In this document: positions 58,569 to 64,000 of the stretch, one piece after another
Layout of the letters: every line of letters begins with the position of its first letter
Numbering within the stretch: position 1 is the stretch's first letter
Assembly: GCA_018396535.1 (NCBI GenBank)
Contig: JAGTQC010000002.1
Location: 192,001 to 256,000, forward strand
DNA from: Candidatus Bathyarchaeota archaeon
Lineage (GTDB): Archaea > Thermoproteota > CALKCG01 > B24 > DRYS01
Direction: 5' to 3'
Length of the DNA stretch: 64,000 nucleotides
The notes under the pieces: model-generated
What the model saw: only the letters and a program-made list of their open reading frames with translations
Databases searched by the model: none
What the model was told of the DNA's origin: nothing
Translations under genes and position numbers: made by a program

Positions 58569-61500
58569 GTGTGGGGGAGGATAAGCACGGGTATGGATTA
58601 CATGGTTGGAGGATTAACCCTTAAACGTTATGATCCTAAAGCTTTCGAAGAAGATATACTTAGATGGTGGTTTGATGGCGGCGTCTACGAGAGAGCTAGA
58701 TCTAAGAGTAGGGTTAAGGGTAGATTCTACTTTCTAGACGGTCCACCATACGTAACAGCTTCTATACACGTAGGGACTGCGTGGAATAAGATAATGAAGG
58801 ATGTGGTCCTAAGGTATAGGAGGATGCGTGGATATGAAGCTAGGGATCAACCTGGCTTCGATATGCATGGACTACCTATAGAGGTTATGGTAGAGAGGAT
58901 TCTAGGTTTGAAGAGTAAGAAGGATATAGAGGTTATAGGTGTAGATCGATTCGTAGAGGAGTGTAGGAAGTATGCGTTAGATCATATGAAGATACTCACC
59001 GAGCAGTTTAAGAATCTAGGAGTTTGGATGGATTGGAATAACCCGTATATGACTATATCTGATGATTTCATAGAAGCTGTATGGTGGCTTATAAAGAGAG
59101 CTGATGAACGTAGACTACTCGAAGAGGGTTTACGCGTAACACACTGGTGTCCTAGATGCGAGACAGCTCTAGCAGCTGGATACGAGGTATCTCAGGAGTA
59201 TAGGGAGGTTGAGGATCCATCGATATATGTTAAACTACCGATCGAAGGTAGGGGTGGAGAGTATATACTTGTATGGACGACTACGCCTTGGACCCTACCC
59301 GCTAACGTAGCCGTTATGGTGCATCCTGATGAGAATTATGCTAGAATTAGAGTTGGTGATGAGGTGTATATACTAGCTGAAGCTAGGTGTAAACCTCTAT
59401 CTGAGGAGATAGGGTTCGAGTACGAGGTTATAGAGGTCTTCCCTGGATCAAAGCTTGAGGGGTTGAGGTATAAGCCTCCACTACTAGAGGAGGTGGATAT
59501 ACAGAGGAGTGTAGGAGGTGCGCATATAATCGTTCTAAGTAGAGAGTATGTAGATGTACGTGAGGGGACTGGATGCGTGCATGTAGCTCCAGGCCATGGT
59601 GAGGAGGATTTTGATGTAGGATTAAGGTATCGTCTACCAGTCCTATGCCCAGTAGATTCTAAAGGTGTATTCGATGAGAGAGCTGGTAAGTATAAGGGTT
59701 TAACAGTATGGGATGCTAACAAGGTTATAGTAGAGGATCTTAGAGGTAAGGGTCTACTATTATACGCATCTACGGTTAAGCATAGGTATCCACACTGCTG
59801 GCGTTGTAGAAGTAGGCTTATACTTAGAGCTACTAGGCAATGGGTTTTGAAGGTTACGGCTATCAGAGATAGGCTCTTAGAGGAGAATGAGAAGATATTC
59901 TGGATTCCAAGCTGGGCTGGTGAGAGTAGGTTTAGAAGCTGGCTGGAGGGTGTTAGGGATTGGGTTATATCTAGGCAGAGGTATTGGGGTATACCCCTAC
60001 CTATATGGGTTTGTAGTAGCTGCGGCTCTAGGGTTATCGTAGGATCTAGGGATGAACTTAGATCTAGAGCTTTAAACCCTGACGATGTTACGGATTTACA
60101 TAGACCGTGGATAGATCGTGTTAAGATTAGGTGTGATCTATGTGGAGGAGTTATGAGTAGGGTTGAGGATGTAGCTGATGTATGGATGGATTCAGGTGTA
60201 GCTTCATGGGCTTGTCTAGGTTATCCTAGACGTAGCGGTGAATTCGATAAATGGTGGCCTGCAGACTTCATACTAGAGGGGCATGATCAGACTAGGGGAT
60301 GGTTCTATAGTCAGCTCGCATCATCGGTTATAGCCTTCGATTCTACACCGTATAAAGCCGTCTTGATGCATGGATTCACATTAGATGAGACTGGTAGGGA
60401 GATGCATAAATCTTGGGGGAATTTCGTAGCTCCGGAGGAGGTTATAGAGAAGTATGGTAGGGATACACTTAGATTCTACGAGCTTCAATTCACCCCATGG
60501 GAGGATTTAAGGTTCTCGTGGAGGGGTTTAGATGAAGCTTACAGAATCTTGAACCTTGTATGGAATCTATACCTATTCGCTTCACTCTATATGAATCTAG
60601 ATAGATTCCAACCGTATAGGTATAGGCTTGAGGATCTAAGGGATAGGCTTAGACCTGAGGATAGATGGATCCTCTCTAGGGTTCAGAGGATGGTTATGAA
60701 GGTTACTGAAGCTTTAGATTCATACCTGATACATGAAGGGTTAAGAGCTGTCAGAGATCTATTAGTCGAGGATGTTAGTAGATGGTATGCTAAGCTTATA
60801 AGGAGGAGGGTATGGGTTGAGGAGGAATCTATAGAGAAGATTACAGCTTACGCAACATTCTATAGGGTTCTTGATACATGTCTTAAAGTATTAGCTGTAT
60901 ATACGCCATTCTTAGCTGAGAAGATCTACCAGGATATGTTTAGGTATGCTGAGCCTGGTAGACCTGAGAGTATACATATGGAGGATTGGCCTGAACCCGA
61001 TGTAAGCTGGCTCGACGATAAGCTTGAGGAGTATATGGAGATATGTAGATCGATTATGGAGGAGGGGATGAGTCTCAGGAATAAGATAGGTGTTAAACTT
61101 AGGCAGCCGTTAGCATACTGTCTGATATATACGGATAGTGGTGAGGTAGCTAAAGCTATAGAGGTGTTTAGGGATGTACTATCCTCTGGGCTTAACGTTA
61201 AGGATGTTAGGATCGTAGGGTTGGATGAACTTCGTAGTATAGCTAGGCTTAGGGTTAGAGGTATACCTAGAATGCTCGGACCGAAGTTTAAGGATCGTAT
61301 GAGGCTTGTCATGGAGGCTCTAGATGGGATGGATGGGGTTGAAGCTAAACGGATACTTGAATCTACGGGTAGCATCAAGATGGTTTTGGATGGTGTGGAG
61401 GTGTATATCGATAGTAGTGATATCGAATTCTACGAGGAGATATCTGAGGGGTGGGTTATAGGCGATTTCGATGGCGGTAGGATTCTACTGAGTACTGTAG

Positions 61501-61793
61501 TCGATAAGAGGCTTGCTGCTGAGGGTCTTGCAAGGGATCTTATAAGGAGGATACAGTATATGCGTAAGGAGCTCGATCTACCTGTCGAAGACTATATAGA
61601 GGTTAGGATATCTGTACCTAGCGTTGAGGCTTTAGAGATGGTTGAGGAATTCAAGGATTTCATAATTAGTGAAACTAGAGCAAAGGTATTCGATACCGTG
61701 GTCGCAGGCCGATTGGATTATGGGTATGTAAGAGAATGGGATATAGATGGTGAGAGTTATACGATATCGATTAGACATATAGGTAAAGGCTGA
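58569..61793 (+). CDS. ileS: Isoleucine--tRNA ligase (archaeal type; true start may be about 58602)
   Basis: DGPPY..HVGT, WTTTPWTLP, DWVISRQRYWG, EGHDQTRGWF and EMHKS motifs. Confidence 0.96.
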   Translation: MWGRISTGMDYMVGGLTLKRYDPKAFEEDILRWWFDGGVYERARSKSRVKGRFYFLDGPPYVTASIHVGTAWNKIMKDVVLRYRRMRGYEARDQPGFDMHGLPIEVMVERILGLKSKKDIEVIGVDRFVEECRKYALDHMKILTEQFKNLGVWMDWNNPYMTISDDFIEAVWWLIKRADERRLLEEGLRVTHWCPRCETALAAGYEVSQEYREVEDPSIYVKLPIEGRGGEYILVWTTTPWTLPANVAVMVHPDENYARIRVGDEVYILAEARCKPLSEEIGFEYEVIEVFPGSKLEGLRYKPPLLEEVDIQRSVGGAHIIVLSREYVDVREGTGCVHVAPGHGEEDFDVGLRYRLPVLCPVDSKGVFDERAGKYKGLTVWDANKVIVEDLRGKGLLLYASTVKHRYPHCWRCRSRLILRATRQWVLKVTAIRDRLLEENEKIFWIPSWAGESRFRSWLEGVRDWVISRQRYWGIPLPIWVCSSCGSRVIVGSRDELRSRALNPDDVTDLHRPWIDRVKIRCDLCGGVMSRVEDVADVWMDSGVASWACLGYPRRSGEFDKWWPADFILEGHDQTRGWFYSQLASSVIAFDSTPYKAVLMHGFTLDETGREMHKSWGNFVAPEEVIEKYGRDTLRFYELQFTPWEDLRFSWRGLDEAYRILNLVWNLYLFASLYMNLDRFQPYRYRLEDLRDRLRPEDRWILSRVQRMVMKVTEALDSYLIHEGLRAVRDLLVEDVSRWYAKLIRRRVWVEEESIEKITAYATFYRVLDTCLKVLAVYTPFLAEKIYQDMFRYAEPGRPESIHMEDWPEPDVSWLDDKLEEYMEICRSIMEEGMSLRNKIGVKLRQPLAYCLIYTDSGEVAKAIEVFRDVLSSGLNVKDVRIVGLDELRSIARLRVRGIPRMLGPKFKDRMRLVMEALDGMDGVEAKRILESTGSIKMVLDGVEVYIDSSDIEFYEEISEGWVIGDFDGGRILLSTVVDKRLAAEGLARDLIRRIQYMRKELDLPVEDYIEVRISVPSVEALEMVEEFKDFIISETRAKVFDTVVAGRLDYGYVREWDIDGESYTISIRHIGKG

Positions 61794-61802
61794 TAACCTG
61801 TT

Positions 61803-62879
61803 ATGAGTGGTGGTAGGATAATCGTAGATATACTCACACCTAAACAGGTTCTATTCTTCGAGCCGGTTATCCGTAGGCTTAGGTCTAACGGGTTCGATGT
61901 CTACGTATCGACTAGAGTATTTAGGGAGACTTTATGGCTTCTAAATCGTAGGGGTATAGATGCTAGGATTATAGGTGTCTATGGGGGTGGTAGTCTTGAA
62001 GGTAAGCTTAAAGCTAGCTTAGAGAGATGTTTAGAGATGCTTAGATTCTTTGAGGAGGTTGACCCAGACGCCGTCTTATGCTTCTCATCACCTGAAGCTT
62101 CTAGAGTAGCTTTCGGTCTATCTATACCGTTGTATATAGCTAACGACTCACCTCATGCTGAAGCTGTAGCTAGACTCACACTACCCCTAGCTCGTAGACT
62201 ATATACACCTAGGATTATACCTGTTAGGATGTGGACTCGGTATGGGTTGAAGCTATCCCAGATAGTTAGGTATAACGCTCTAGATCCAGCTGCATGGCTT
62301 AAGGGTTTTAAGCCTTCTACAGAGGTCGTCGATAAGCTTGGCTTAAACATCGGTGAACCTATACTTGTAGCTAGGTTCGAGGAATCTAAATCTGCTTACA
62401 TACCTAGGAATTCTAGATCCCCTCTACTAGCTCTAATCGAGCGTATATCTGAGGAGTTTAGAGGTTTTAAGATAGTAGTTATACCTAGATATGAAGATCA
62501 GGTGGAGGCTTTAGAGTATCTTGAGGATAGGGTTATCGTATGTAGGGAGCCTATAGAAGCAGCTAACCTTCTATACTATGCATCGATCTTCGTAGGGTTC
62601 GGTGGAACTATGACTTGTGAAGCAGCTCTTCTAGGGGTACCGACTCTAAGCCTAAGATTCTACGGATCATACTATACGGAGAAGTATCTAGAGCGCAGGG
62701 GGCTACTGGTAGCTGCGTATACTTTGGATGAAGCTATGGAGAAGCTTAGAGATCTAGCTACGAGGTGGAGGGTTATGAAAGCTAAGCTGAGGGGGAGGGC
62801 TAGTAGGATATTAAATTCTATGGATGATCCTAGCGAGGTTATATCTAGAGGCTTGATTCTAGATCTAGAAGCTAGCTAG
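61803..62879 (+). CDS. DUF354 family GT-B fold protein
   Basis: DILTPKQ, SSPEASRVAFGL, NDSPH and GGTM..EAALLGVP motifs. Confidence 0.88.
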   Translation: MSGGRIIVDILTPKQVLFFEPVIRRLRSNGFDVYVSTRVFRETLWLLNRRGIDARIIGVYGGGSLEGKLKASLERCLEMLRFFEEVDPDAVLCFSSPEASRVAFGLSIPLYIANDSPHAEAVARLTLPLARRLYTPRIIPVRMWTRYGLKLSQIVRYNALDPAAWLKGFKPSTEVVDKLGLNIGEPILVARFEESKSAYIPRNSRSPLLALIERISEEFRGFKIVVIPRYEDQVEALEYLEDRVIVCREPIEAANLLYYASIFVGFGGTMTCEAALLGVPTLSLRFYGSYYTEKYLERRGLLVAAYTLDEAMEKLRDLATRWRVMKAKLRGRASRILNSMDDPSEVISRGLILDLEAS

Positions 62880-63574
62880 ACTTCTAGTATTCTTAAACCT
62901 CCATCCAATACCATTATGGGTAGAGCTGAATCTAGGAAATCATTTAGAGCTGATATATGTACTATAGGAAAACCTTCTACTATCGTATAACCACTCCTCC
63001 TCAATGTAACTATAACGGGTATCAATTTGATACTATCCCATCCGTCGATTATCCTACGAAAGCTATGTCTAACGATTAGAGCGAGGGCTTCAACCCTAGC
63101 CCTATGCCTATCTATAGCTTCGCTTAATATACTACGATAACCTCTCTTCATATGCTTACAATCTACAGCTACTATTATAGGCTTACGAAAACCTAGGACA
63201 TCTATCTCCCATCTCCTACCGAGAGATTTAAACCTGTAGTTCGAGAATGTATCGAAGCCTAAACTATCCAGTATCATCGATGTAAATAATTCGAATTCCC
63301 TCCACTTCAATAGGGAGGCTGTATCCTCTAGGCTTTGAGAATACCTTGCTAGAAAGAGGAATACTCTAAACCTAGAAGAATCTATATCGTCTAGGCTATC
63401 TAGCTTGGTAATCTCGTATAGGGATTCTAGGAGTATTGGTATATCATCTACAGGTATACGTGTATATTCTGATATCTCCTCTAATGTAAAGTGGTTTTTA
63501 TCCCTAGTAACCTTCAGAAATCCTTTAGCTATCAGGGGTAAGCGAAGATCTCTTAAAGCCATTGTATGAGCCAC
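62876..63574 (-). CDS. Mrr/NERD-like PD-(D/E)XK nuclease domain protein
   Basis: WREFE, EIDVLG and VDCKH motifs. Confidence 0.8.
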   Translation of the reverse strand: MAHTMALRDLRLPLIAKGFLKVTRDKNHFTLEEISEYTRIPVDDIPILLESLYEITKLDSLDDIDSSRFRVFLFLARYSQSLEDTASLLKWREFELFTSMILDSLGFDTFSNYRFKSLGRRWEIDVLGFRKPIIVAVDCKHMKRGYRSILSEAIDRHRARVEALALIVRHSFRRIIDGWDSIKLIPVIVTLRRSGYTIVEGFPIVHISALNDFLDSALPIMVLDGGLRILEV

Positions 63575-63690
63575 CTAGATATCTAGCATAAGATATAATT
63601 GGAGATTGGATAAAGCTTCTGCTTGATAGAGTTAGCCGTATAGGTATGGGTGATACTATCGATCTTGATGGATACTCTGATCGATCGGTA

Positions 63691-63999
63691 TTAGAGCTTC
63701 ATATCTAGAAATCTCAGAGCGTTTCTACCCATTATCTTCCTCACAGTCTCCTCTGATACACCTATAATCTGTCTTAGTATCGATGTATCTCTTTCAATAT
63801 GCTGCTTCGCATATTCGATTCTATCAGCTCTACAATCTGTACCGAAGAGCATGTAGTCTTCAGCACCGTATGCTATAAGTTTTTGAAGAGCGTTTCTACG
63901 ATAGATTAGAGGTGTACCCGGGGTTATGTCTATGAACATACGTATATCCTCCCTACTTCTCCCAAGCTCCCTGATAGTATATGATCTGAATCTACCCCA
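63691..63999 (-). CDS. Amidohydrolase family protein, C-terminal part, truncated by window end
   Basis: Frame is open to the window edge; FIDITPGTP, LFGTD and KIMGRNA motifs. Confidence 0.8.
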   Translation of the reverse strand, partial: WGRFRSYTIRELGRSREDIRMFIDITPGTPLIYRRNALQKLIAYGAEDYMLFGTDCRADRIEYAKQHIERDTSILRQIIGVSEETVRKIMGRNALRFLDMKL

Positions 64000-64000
64000 T

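Noticed and set aside
58569-61793. IleRS motif variants HVGT and EMHKS
   Set aside because: Common variants in archaeal IleRS; not novel

Overview
64 kb of an AT-rich (about 40% GC by eye), gene-dense archaeal chromosome. The source is most likely a thermophilic TACK/Thermoproteota lineage, Bathyarchaeia-like, given ribosomal eS25, Ftr, AMP phosphorylase, GTP-dependent DPCK, short PurA and a TackOD1-type protein. Housekeeping content includes PGM/PMM, LarA, a hisCGABFDE-I operon that lacks hisH, purA, glyS, TtuA/NcsA, moeA1/moeA2, hflX and ileS. Five accessory features stand out: (1) an ABC importer built from a vWA-associated-type binding protein, a fused double ModB/CysT-like permease and two different ATPases whose degenerate motifs appear to fall into one composite site; (2) a 14 kb type IV pilus island with two complete assembly machines, five pilins (two more at 30-31 kb) with mostly non-canonical class III signal peptides, a beta-propeller surface protein and a TackOD1-type zinc protein; (3) a KaiC/GvpD-like ATPase module; (4) a heptad tandem-repeat nuclease-like protein; (5) strong CTAG enrichment. 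I found no tRNA, rRNA, CRISPR array or IS element. All calls come from reading motifs; no database search was run.
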